DNA from: a virus
Strand: one strand, 5' to 3'
DNA: 64,000 nucleotides
IMG/VR virus record: IMGVR_UViG_3300035396_000367
Coordinates: 27,738-91,737 of that record
Shown: positions 1-11,300 of the stretch, in pieces
How the letters are laid out: every line of letters starts with the position of its first letter
How positions within the stretch are numbered: the first letter of the stretch is position 1
Position numbers and translations under genes: made by a program
The notes under the pieces: model-generated
What the model was told of the DNA's origin: nothing
Seen by the model: only the letters and a program-made list of their open reading frames with translations
Databases searched by the model: none

Positions 1-978
1 CGGAGGAAGTGCTGTTGGAGATAGCGGTACCTCCTTCAATTCATTAAAAACACCTACCTCTTGCACAACATGAACAACCTGATACGCAACAAATATAAAG
101 TAAGCAACATACACATTCGTTTCAGAAAATGTAACGTAACTTCCACCTTGGAATTTATGATTGTTATTTAAAACAGTTCCTGAAACAGTACCTGTCCAGT
201 TACCCGGCACACCGTACCACAGCTTAAACGTAGACGGCACTGCGCCACCGCCATAATTAACTTGAATATCTCCTATTCTTACAACACCTGAATTAACAGC
301 AAATGTTCTCCCACCCTCGTCTGTCGTAGACAATCCACTGACGTAAGAAACTTGTGCAGCCCTCATATCGTTTATCTCAGGTCTAATTAGTTTCTCATCC
401 TTACCGTAGCGTAGGTCGAATACTGAGTACCCATCCCCGTAGTATGAAACTAAGTATAAGAGTACGTTCATACCTATATCCTTAGTTTGTGAACCAGTAA
501 GTGGAAATGCAATTGAAACTTCTACAGCTCGCAGCACGTAACTTCCACCACCATTAGATTCTAAGTAGAATAAATAGTTCCCGTTCGCTGGTAGTGCCGC
601 TAATGTAGTTGTCTCGTATCTTATTGCTACAAGCTGCTCATCCAACTCATCTTCATAAGTCCCGACTATAGCAGTTCCAGTAGCAACGGTAAAAACAGAA
701 CCGTTGAAAGTCAAATCAAAACCACTAAAAACACCAGGACCTATGTACTTCTCTAAATACTTTCCAAGTGTTATACGTTGTGTCTGCTCTGTAACAGGGT
801 ATGTATTAGGTATACCCAGTTCTTCCATATTCGGAATGTAAACAGCACCAGTAGGGTGTGCGTTCGTGTCTCGATCCAGAAGTGCATTATGGCTGGTAAC
901 TCCACCAGAACCTGCTTGAGAAAATCTATCAAAAAACTTTCTTGTTACTTTGTTATCTCTAAATGTAGTAGACCTCAT
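1..978 (-). CDS. Putative tail fibre/tail-associated structural protein (3' end runs off the window)
   Basis: Not in the ORF track. ATG at 978 follows AAGGGG RBS; open frame MRSTTFRDNKVTRKFFDRFSQAGSGGVTSHNALLDRD...PGVFSGFDLTFNGSVFTVATGTAIV... continues to base 1. Beta-rich; follows the fibre gene. Confidence 0.7.
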   Translation of the reverse strand, partial: MRSTTFRDNKVTRKFFDRFSQAGSGGVTSHNALLDRDTNAHPTGAVYIPNMEELGIPNTYPVTEQTQRITLGKYLEKYIGPGVFSGFDLTFNGSVFTVATGTAIVGTYEDELDEQLVAIRYETTTLAALPANGNYLFYLESNGGGSYVLRAVEVSIAFPLTGSQTKDIGMNVLLYLVSYYGDGYSVFDLRYGKDEKLIRPEINDMRAAQVSYVSGLSTTDEGGRTFAVNSGVVRIGDIQVNYGGGAVPSTFKLWYGVPGNWTGTVSGTVLNNNHKFQGGSYVTFSETNVYVAYFIFVAYQVVHVVQEVGVFNELKEVPLSPTALPP

Positions 979-988
979 TCAAAACCCC

Positions 989-3900
989 TTAATAATGTGC
1001 TGAACAACTGACAATGCAGTTAAATGAGCCCCAAGCACGTGTAAGAATTACCTCACCGCACTTTATTGAAGAACCGCTTACGTATCTAAACAGTACATGC
1101 AACTTTGAAGGAGTAACTCTCAAAGCATACACGTTTACAGTTTTACCAGGCGCATTACACAGTACATCCCAATCCCCTGCAGTCCCTTCTTCCTTTTGTG
1201 GACTACCTGCAACCATGTAGTCACCTGCTACACTAAAATCACCCTCAAGAAATACCGCATTAAAAAATGAACCACCTATCTGTTGTGTTCGCGTTGAAAA
1301 TAGTTGACAAGCAGCGATGAACCCGTTAATATCAATACCACCACCTTGATCATAATACCTACATACATTTCTAATACCCCTGTAGTGCCCCCACCATGGG
1401 TTTTCGAAACCAGCTAGATCAGGGTTGTGAGCTTCCCATAAATTTAGTAGTGAAGTATATATGTCGGTACCTAATGTCTCAACTTCAAGACCTCTAGCAA
1501 CAGCTGCCGCAAATCTAGGGTTCGAGTTAGGTGGGCCAAAATGATCATTAGAAGGTATCATCACCGAACCGGATGATAGGTTTGATACCCCCAGCACTTC
1601 TAGCGCATTAGTTTTTACCAACCCTTCAAATTTAAAGGATGTGTTATTTCTCAGTTTAAAAATGTCTGCCGTTACAACCGGCGTAGTTATCCCTAGAGGA
1701 AAGTCAACGTATGAATTGAATGAAAGAATTCTTTTTACGTATAATGTTTCAAACTTAGCGTACCTACCTGTCATATCCCCTGATGTTTCTATCGAACCAT
1801 ACAGTTTCAAGTTACCATCTTGTTCAAACTCACCCTTGTCGTAAGTGTGCGCTATCACGTGTGTGGAGTTACTCACAAGTACACCTGTCGCAGGTACACG
1901 CCTTGCTTCAACAAAAACATCTTTTGCAAGATTTACAACGTGACCTTCCCCAAACAATGCCGCTGTAAACGATGACAAAACAGTCACACCGTACCCACCA
2001 TAAACAACACCACCCCTTAAAGCAAAACAAGCTTCAGCATCAGATATGTTTATGTTCAGTGCCTTTTCAGCATAAACCATACCTCCGTACATTGCAGAAC
2101 AATTTAGTACTTTTGATGTTATTTTTAAATCAGCACCTTCTATTACTTCTACCAACCCGCCACGATCAATCTCAGGAACTACAGCACCCGAGCTAACCTC
2201 TAAGTTGTCACATACAGCTATAGTACCAGCAGGTGTAATACGTATATCTGGTTTATCAGGATACCATACCTTATACCCAAGTACCAAGTATGGGTTAGAA
2301 ACAGGGCTAGTGTCAGCGTGCACTACTGTACTTAACGTAGAAAAGTCTGATAGATTAAGCTCATGCGAAGTTATCTTTGCTGCGTGCAGATTAACTGCAG
2401 TCTTCATGTATGAATACATAAGAAAAAATATACGATCATCTTGTGACTTTACAGCAGATAGTACGTATGAAAAACTTGCGTTTATTGATGAAGCCCAATT
2501 ACTGCTATATGGTGTATAGTTACCAGGTTTAATTTTAAATAAGTTAGTAGAAACTTTTGTGTTTAGAATACCTATAGTCGGAGGAGAATCAATTTCATAA
2601 ATAGCTTCCCAGTTTGCGTCGTTCACATAAGGCTTATTTTGAACGGAGGATAAGTTATCTTGCTTGCATCTCCAGACTGCTAATAATTCTGTCGCACCTA
2701 TCGTGTGTATGACTAAGTCTGATTGTTTATAATCAACACCTTGAACCCAATACTGTATGTCTGTAGCTGGATTATGAATGTACTCGAGCTCTGCTATAGC
2801 TAAATCAGGGTCTACTTCACCTTTTCGATACGTTATAAATATTCTACCTGCTGAGTCTACAACAACAGGTAGATTAAAACTGTCTTTATTCATCCAGTCA
2901 AACTTATCAAACTTATAGTAATTAAAAGCACCGGAACGTATCGAAGCAAAAAAACCTGGAAGTGCTAAATCTTCTTCACCTATATCCGCGAGTACTCTTA
3001 ATATCCAGTACCCTAATATCGGGTCTGGTGTTCCTGCATCGTCACCTGTATTTGTTAGAACAGGATTGTACATTTCTACAACAACTACACGGTATTGGCC
3101 GCCACTACTATTTATAACGCACCTGGTTGTTAAAACGAATTTCCCACCACCGAGTGATGCTACATCTGCAAGTAAATGAGTACTCGCTTGAAAAAGAATA
3201 TTTACCAACTTGTCAGGGTAGCTGTAATTACTTGTAACCCTAAGCGATGAACGGTCAGAAGAAAATGTAAAAGCAATTAGTTTAACTGTAATGTCAGACC
3301 CACTCCAATACAACGGAACATTCTCCGAATTAAGATCTGAATAAAACATACTGAACATCTTACACGTTTCATCATAAAAAATCCTGCTGCTATTTAAGCA
3401 ACCTTGCGCAAATTCAGATACCTGTGTATAGTCACCTGACATAGCGTAGTCTTGTAGGATACCTCTGTGCTGAAGAATAACTGATGTTGCACTTACCTTA
3501 TATGTTACCCATTTAAGTTTGTTCCTAGATACAGCCCCCTGATAAAAAATTATAATTTCATCATCAGATATTTTTAACGGATGGTGCCATATTACAGCTT
3601 CTGATTCAGAAAAGGATACTTCAGCATGTAGCTCATTATCCGAATAATCCCACACAGAAAAAAGTCCATAATTACCTGCATCTTCACTTCTTCTTGTCAA
3701 AACTTTTATACCTGGTGACAAGTCAACTACAAAGTATGCAGTTGTATTCATATTGTCAGGACCCCAGTTCTGAGTTGATGTATTTGTATAGTTTATACTT
3801 CTACCAAAATCAGCAGGTATTTTTCCATCGAATAAACTTGAACGAACTTCAGTGAAATGTGGAGCAGGCGGTATACCATAGGATCCAGCAACATCATAGA

Positions 3901-5377
3901 TTCCACCCCTGCCATCTACTGTACCACCCTCTATCACAATATTGTGAGGTACTTTTAATGCTACACCTACACCACCATTCGAGTACCAACCTACGTACCT
4001 GTCGAGTTGAACTTTAACGCCATCAACCTTTAATACAGAGTAAATCTCACCTGAGAACCCAACTGAGTTATCATAGTAAATTATTCTATCACCAGCCTTT
4101 AACGTTATACCTGCTACAGATATCTCAGTATCTTCTTCGGATGCGTGTGATCCTATACCGGTATTCTCCAAACTTTTAACAATAAATTTTGCCTCTTTGC
4201 TCCCTTTGATTAAAACAACACCGTCGCTTAGTCGTATATTGTTCCAAGAGTTTAAATAAATCGGATTATAAAAAACGTACCCGGGTACACCCTGTGTACT
4301 TTCTTCCCACCCCGGAGAAGCATTCTCTGGAGCCGGAGGTTCTAACACTACACGAAGACCTTCCGGCCACTCTATTCTACCAGTTACTGAATTGTAACCA
4401 CCGTAAGTAGCAGCAGCCGGATCATCTTTTTCCCCAAACAATGTAACTAACTCTTTATGTGATTTTACCTCATACCTGTAAGCCACCTTTTTTCCACCTG
4501 CGGATGGTAGTGTTATCTGACCTTGTGACCTCGCGTAATCAAAATAAATCGAAATGTAACCTAGTGATGTGTTACCGCTTGTAACCTTTGCGTACAGCGG
4601 ATCTGACCCATTCCAATTTAGTGATGAAATATTAAGTATTTGAAAACCTGAATCTGTTTCGAAGAAACTACCAGCTACAGCACCTATTCCTCCGGCAGTA
4701 TCCTGACCGTACATTGTAAATCGTAGAGTTTCAACACCCGGTGTCCCAGGTGACTGTGCTTCAGGAAAAAGTTGATTAGTTGATACATAGAAATTTATTC
4801 CGGCGGAGGATAGCACTGACTCTTGTGCTTCAATTGTTATTCCCATGTATTTTGGAGCGTCGGGCACTGATGCCACATCTAGTACCGGCTCACTTACGTC
4901 TATTAAACGTATCGCGGAACCAAATGGAAATGAATCTGAGTTTTCGGTGTAACTTCCCTTGAATACAGCTGAGTCGAAATAATCTGAAAGAATGTTTTCA
5001 TTCTCTACTAGGTAATGTGTGAAGTTTCCCCAGAATCCCTGAGTATAGTACAGAGTTGAGGATATGAGATCAGCGAAGCTTTGGTTGAATGCAAGTCCGT
5101 TAAATCCGTCTTCACTGAATTTAGCGTTAACCACTTTGTCAACGAATGTGTCAATTGCTGCAAGCATATCTCCTAGATTCGGAAGGAACACTGCCGTATC
5201 TACGGATAACGCTTCTTTTACTGCTGTCCGAAGTTCCTCGGATAAAGAAACTTTATTTACAAAGCTACTGTCGGAGGCTACAACAGATACAAGGTTCTCT
5301 ATGTACCTGAAGTTCTCCATTAAGTTTTCAGCAATAATCGTGTTGTTAGTACCGAATATATTTTTTAAACCTGACAT
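989..5377 (-). CDS. Tail fibre / receptor-binding protein (1462 aa)
   Basis: Follows hub gene with 1-nt overlap; beta-rich; beta-helix-like segments (NIVIEGGTVDGRG; CSAMYGGMVY, CFALRGGVVY); one CBM5/12-like repeat (WVQGVDYKQSDLV..WRC). Confidence 0.6.
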   Translation of the reverse strand: MSGLKNIFGTNNTIIAENLMENFRYIENLVSVVASDSSFVNKVSLSEELRTAVKEALSVDTAVFLPNLGDMLAAIDTFVDKVVNAKFSEDGFNGLAFNQSFADLISSTLYYTQGFWGNFTHYLVENENILSDYFDSAVFKGSYTENSDSFPFGSAIRLIDVSEPVLDVASVPDAPKYMGITIEAQESVLSSAGINFYVSTNQLFPEAQSPGTPGVETLRFTMYGQDTAGGIGAVAGSFFETDSGFQILNISSLNWNGSDPLYAKVTSGNTSLGYISIYFDYARSQGQITLPSAGGKKVAYRYEVKSHKELVTLFGEKDDPAAATYGGYNSVTGRIEWPEGLRVVLEPPAPENASPGWEESTQGVPGYVFYNPIYLNSWNNIRLSDGVVLIKGSKEAKFIVKSLENTGIGSHASEEDTEISVAGITLKAGDRIIYYDNSVGFSGEIYSVLKVDGVKVQLDRYVGWYSNGGVGVALKVPHNIVIEGGTVDGRGGIYDVAGSYGIPPAPHFTEVRSSLFDGKIPADFGRSINYTNTSTQNWGPDNMNTTAYFVVDLSPGIKVLTRRSEDAGNYGLFSVWDYSDNELHAEVSFSESEAVIWHHPLKISDDEIIIFYQGAVSRNKLKWVTYKVSATSVILQHRGILQDYAMSGDYTQVSEFAQGCLNSSRIFYDETCKMFSMFYSDLNSENVPLYWSGSDITVKLIAFTFSSDRSSLRVTSNYSYPDKLVNILFQASTHLLADVASLGGGKFVLTTRCVINSSGGQYRVVVVEMYNPVLTNTGDDAGTPDPILGYWILRVLADIGEEDLALPGFFASIRSGAFNYYKFDKFDWMNKDSFNLPVVVDSAGRIFITYRKGEVDPDLAIAELEYIHNPATDIQYWVQGVDYKQSDLVIHTIGATELLAVWRCKQDNLSSVQNKPYVNDANWEAIYEIDSPPTIGILNTKVSTNLFKIKPGNYTPYSSNWASSINASFSYVLSAVKSQDDRIFFLMYSYMKTAVNLHAAKITSHELNLSDFSTLSTVVHADTSPVSNPYLVLGYKVWYPDKPDIRITPAGTIAVCDNLEVSSGAVVPEIDRGGLVEVIEGADLKITSKVLNCSAMYGGMVYAEKALNINISDAEACFALRGGVVYGGYGVTVLSSFTAALFGEGHVVNLAKDVFVEARRVPATGVLVSNSTHVIAHTYDKGEFEQDGNLKLYGSIETSGDMTGRYAKFETLYVKRILSFNSYVDFPLGITTPVVTADIFKLRNNTSFKFEGLVKTNALEVLGVSNLSSGSVMIPSNDHFGPPNSNPRFAAAVARGLEVETLGTDIYTSLLNLWEAHNPDLAGFENPWWGHYRGIRNVCRYYDQGGGIDINGFIAACQLFSTRTQQIGGSFFNAVFLEGDFSVAGDYMVAGSPQKEEGTAGDWDVLCNAPGKTVNVYALRVTPSKLHVLFRYVSGSSIKCGEVILTRAWGSFNCIVSCSAHY

Positions 5378-8300
5378 TATAGGCCACCTATAAACAATTT
5401 CTGTTGTTCTTTACTAACAACCCTTACCCCGTCCCCTTTAACAGTGTACTTATCTCGTATCTCCGTTAAAGTCATGCTCATAGTGTAACCTGAAGACTGA
5501 TTCATACTTTCTTCGCAGCTTATGAGTTCAAATAATTCGTAATTTAGGAATGTATAAATATCATTCACGCCTATTATATCACCTAATTGTATTATAGGCA
5601 ACCCTACACAAGATACATCCATTTTTATTAAAGGAAATGCTTTTCTTGGAAGCATGTAATTTGCTATCTTTTTCGCTGTCGCTACATCAGTTACGTAAGG
5701 ATTGCTGAATTTATACTCTATTTCCTGGTACCTTTTTATCGATTTCTGGTCCCTAACTATAGTCAGTTCTTTAGCAGCAGACACCATAGGCCTACCTCTT
5801 AACTCAACTCTCGATACCCATACACTCATCCCGGAAGGGTCCTCTGTTTCAACGTACAAGGCATCTGCCGGGTTATCTGTAGGGTTTTCCACTCTAAGGT
5901 ATACCGCGTCTGAATACACGTCTGATACGTCAAATAGCATGTTTAAATGGAATCCTGACAACCCTTTAACGTTTGTATTCTGTGCAGGGTAATAATACAG
6001 GCCTGCCGGAGTATAGGATCTGAGTCTTCTAATCTTACCGTCCCCTCTTTGCAAGCTTTTCGCACTTCCGCTTCCTGACATATACGTTTTGTCAACGTCT
6101 AGGCGATCAACACCTACTCTAGTCGGGTAATGCAGAACTAACTTCTTCCCCTCGCACGATGCACGCATACTGTCAGAAAGCACAAGTACCCATACCTCTT
6201 CCCCGTTATGAATCTCTGGCCTAAATGAGTAAGCCCCTTGGTAGTATGTAAATGCTGCTTTTTCACCACCAGCATAAACTATTGTGTTCAGTTTCTCGTA
6301 TTCCCCAATTGTGGTGTCAGTTGATGCCGTTCTCCTTATTCGGTTAGAACCAAAGAACAATCTGCAACCGCTGCTTCCTGTCGACATAGACAACTCAACA
6401 GACGATGCTGAACCTGCAACTTGGCTCTTAACTCTAACGTAAACAGTACCTCCGTTGAAAACTGTTCTCTCTACACTCGCAGTACCAGGGAAAGTATCAT
6501 TTATAGCATTTACAATATCCTCAGCATACACTGTGTAATCACCGTACTGGTTAAGCTCTGAGTACCTTTCAACATCAATCTCTACGTCTGGAGAACCATC
6601 TAATGATAGTCTAAATTTTGTAGACCCAACAGGTACCCGTATACCCCCTGTCAAGTCCAATGCATAGGCCGCACCTATACCGTCAGTAAAATCACCGTCG
6701 TCTCCACCCGGTATCGACAGTCTTGACCACTTGTCTGAAAACCCTGGAACATCCGTCGCAAGCGTTGCTGTCTCGGATAGATAATACGCAGCACCATTTT
6801 TAACTAGTTTATCCTGAGAATATGCCACTGCCGACCATACGTCAACCCCGATGTTAAAGTATGGTTCCCATACCTCCCGGTATAAGTCAGGCTCTAAACC
6901 TAACGATGTTGAAACTGGAGGATTCGAAACTATTATGCACTTGTATAAAACCTCGTTGTAAACAACTAAATCACCCAACCCGTATTCAATCGTGTCACTC
7001 CATACAATCAATGAATTTGTAACAGTCCAAACTAATGGAGAAGAACCCGGAACATCCGAACTGCTCGCTGATAATAACGAGGTATAGTACAACCCGGAGT
7101 ATTCTACGTAGGACCCTTCCGAGTATGATTGTGGAACCCACGTAGATACAAAGCTAGGAGTCTTGCTTATCCACCCTACGGATAGAGAAGGATCGTTACC
7201 CTTATTTACCAGTATTGACTTGTATACTTTTCCGAAATCTTTCACAACAGAATTTATAGGATACTTAATTGCACCGTCCCAATCTACCAATATTGAGCTA
7301 CCTAGTTTAACCCAGTCTGTACTGGATAGAGAAGGCTCGTCTGTAGTAGCATCGCCTGCATACCAATACTCTCCGGTGTGTAAAACAACACTGTGGGAAT
7401 ATGTGCCAGCAGACCACGCACCTATCGCATAGTTTTGAAGCTCCCAACTTGTAGTCGAGTCAACAGGACTTTCCGCAGTTTCAACAACACACTTATACAA
7501 GCAGCCAGAGTATATCACAACATCGTTTACGGAGTATCTTCTGTTCTGAACATAATCGTAACCAGCCATTGTCTTAACCCACGGAGCCGATGTGTCGTAT
7601 ACCACAACTCCACTCTTTTCAATTATGAATGGAACTATCCCTATGTTCTTTTTCGAACTAGAATAAACCGTACCTAAGTAGAATACAATATCACCAAACT
7701 TATAAGATTTTGAAGCATCCCAATCATCAATTGAGAAACTACTTGACACAACTTCCCACCTGTCACTTAAAGTACTTGGAGGAGTCAAACGTCTATTTGT
7801 AAGTATGGCTCTATATAGAACACCACCGTGAATAACCATTGAGTCTTTCAAATATGTTACACCAGGTTCCCATTTTGTTATACTTGAGTCAATAACCCAA
7901 TAAGCTGGAGTATTTAGTGAAGGAGTTTTCCCCTTATTAACAGCACCTGATACCATAGGCACCTTAGCTGCATCTGAAGCATTTATACCAAGTATGGTGT
8001 CACCATCAGAGTATTCTTTCAAGTTATCCCAAAACTCAATGTAAGAAGATTCAACCGGCTCCGTAACTAGGTCAACACCTTGCGTCCCAGGTGTAACTAC
8101 TTTACGAACACGACCGTGATTTGTATCTAAAATGTAAGAACCAGCAGGAGCTGTTACGGACACCGGTCCTGATAAATCGTAGCTTCTTAAATTACCAAGT
8201 GTGTCTATGCACACCCAACTGTTTTTGAATTTTGTAATAAATGCAGGATCCTGGAAGTCTATTATGTCAAGACCACTCCATGAGGATGTGCATCTAAAAA

Positions 8301-11300
8301 TCCTACCATCTGATTCAACTAAGTCACCTACCGCATAAGCTACGTATGGAGCTAATGTAAAAGTATTTGCTGATACTTCATCCCAGTATGTAGGTTCAGT
8401 ACCAGGAGTTTTTGCTACGTTTAAACTTTCTGCCTCGAACACCCTGTCAATACCTGAAACAAGATGCGATACATATTCGCCAACCTGATAGTCTCTCCCG
8501 GCAGCCCAGGATTGCAATCTTGAGTCATACACTTTTAACCAGTGTGTATCAGTGCTTGGTAAAACACCTTGACTAGCCTGTAAAGCTCTGTACATGCACC
8601 CGTTCCATTTAACAATTGAACCTTCGGCATAGCTTAGAGTAACATCCCACGCATTTAAGTCTGTAAGCATGGAACTCCAGAATCCTAGAGCTGTTGATGG
8701 ATCCTGATTAAGATTGTCGACGATACAACAGTACAAAAACCCATGTCTAAATACAGAGTCTCCACGGTAATACTGCCAGGTTGAACTCCACGACATAGTA
8801 TCCCTATTGTACTTTGAAGGGTATTCTGCCGGTACATCCACTAATGATTTATCCCAAGGAGCAAAAGCACGGTACACTTTTTCTAACTGATTTACTACCC
8901 TGTCGGAACCATAACCTGCGTGTACGATAAATTTACTAGGACTCAGCACATGATTATTAAAATCTGATTCAGATCCGGTAAAGAATCCTGTCGCATCTAA
9001 GTACCCTATGTCCTCTACAAAGTTCATGTTGAATCTGATAGGAGATTGAATGTCACCAACGTACGCCGGGTTACTAAATGTAACATCGTAATCTGTGTTG
9101 TTACCCTTGTATAAAAATATAGGAGTTAAGTTATCCCACAGCCGGTGCAACTTTGCCCATACCAGGTCTGAATAACTCCAACCAATTGATGACAACTCTT
9201 TTGTAAGTACGCTTGATCCAACAAATAAACCTGTCTCAACGTCTATGTCTCTAAAGGGTACTGGGTCCAGTTTATCTGTAGAAACAACAATCTTATTTTT
9301 AACGTCAGAGTCGTTTACGTCGTACCCTACCTCTATTAAATTTTTGTCGTAGGCAAGTGAGAAGTAAGGCACTATCAATTCTTCTTCAGACCTAACATAT
9401 ACGTCGCCAATATTTCCGCTACCAAGGTATACGGATGACATGCTGCTATCAGAAAAAAGATGTGTGAAAGTATCAAGAGACTTTAACGAATCCAATAGCG
9501 TAACACCTTCAATAATTGAAATAGTTATTCCAACTTTGTCGGTGTAACCAGAAACTGTTCCATCACCGCCAAACTGCTCGATTAAAGTGTTTGGTGTTGT
9601 GTAAATCTCTATGTCCACACCAGGTATTATATCCGAGTAAACAGACGAGAATTGAACAGCACTCTTGTCATCTACCCACAACCCGGCAGCGTCTATACCT
9701 GCCACTCTAAATCTTCTGAATTCCTTCGTTGTCTCCACATACTTCATTCCGTTACTGTCCATTAGCAACGATGTGGCAAAGTTAAGCGTTTCACTTATCT
9801 CTGCATTGTTAATGTCGTAGCCGCGTATAATGACAGAACCGTTTTGATTGCAAAAACTGTTTTCTGTAACTCTGCACCCTATAACTCCGTACTCTGGAGA
9901 TTCAATTGTTAGAGATCCCCAACCAGTACTTAGAGTAGTACCAACTGTTGATTCAAATGTTCTAAACACACCTGAGTATCTTTTTATTTTTTTACCGTTA
10001 CCTACTTTTATAACCGCACCGTTCTTAGGTGTAAAAAATAATTTAATACCTCCGGCACCGTCTGCCACAAAATTATCACCGACATCTGAACCATCCACGT
10101 ATACATATTGTATGTCAAATAATGGATCTAAATATGCAGAAGGAAGTGTAAAGTATGTTGTCGCACCGTCACCTGTAGCAGGTAATTGAACAAAATCCTG
10201 ATAGACTGCGCACCTTATTTTCTGAGAGGATTCTACCATGTCATCTGACCATGCGTATATATCACTTGTAGTTGCAGCAAACCCTCCAAACTTTTGAAAG
10301 TACCAGTATCTATCTCCGGCACCAGAAACTTTAGTCATATCTCTAACCACTACTCGCTTAACCGGCTTACCTGCCAAGTTTTCAAAAGTAGCCGTTACCG
10401 CTTTCTCAGTAACTGAATAGGAAACACCTTTACTATTTCTACCGTCGTTGTAACCGCCGTACATTACCGGTATTTTTTTAGAATAGTCATACGTAAAACC
10501 ATTCAATGTATCTCTACCGTCCACGACAAGAGGTATCAGATTTGAATTTGTGTGAGGGTTCTCTATGTCAATTATATGTACGTAGTAACTTCCACTATTA
10601 TGTTTAACAACAGCGTATACCTTTCCATCTTCCGGAAACGGAGAAACACCAATTACAGAGCTAATCTCTTCGCTCTCTTCTAACTTGTAGTACCCTGCAC
10701 CGTGTTCTGGAAGTGTATTGTTGGATGCGAACTCTGAATATGTACAATCCAAAACTAAACCACCAGACAACAACTTTATGTAAAAAATGTTTCCGTTGTA
10801 TATTGAGTTTCTGTCGTAATAAATACAAAATAAATTTGTGTAACTACTCACCCATTTTTTAACACGAGAATCTGTTAATGAAAAACCTAACGTGTCTATA
10901 ACTGTGAATGTAGCCGCTGGATTATAAACAACAAAGTACCTGTAGTCACTACCTATATTCACGTATGCACTTGTCTCGCTCAACACTATCTCACTAAGTG
11001 AGTCACCGAACCTCCACGTGTTCGGACCATACCCAGAGTTTGAACCCTCAATGTAGTATGGATTAACGAATGACGGAGAACCAGCATTAAATACACTAAC
11101 TGAAAAAATATCATTAAACTGTAGTAGTTCTGTTCCTACAACCTGCTCTTTTATTCCAGCAGCAGAACCTTCTACTACTTTTGATATTGACATACCTGAC
11201 GTATAGAATGTGGAACCATCAAACCTACCTGATATTAGTTCCGTACCAGGAACACCAACAGTGTTACTCTCTATGTACAAAGCACCGTTTGAATATGTTG

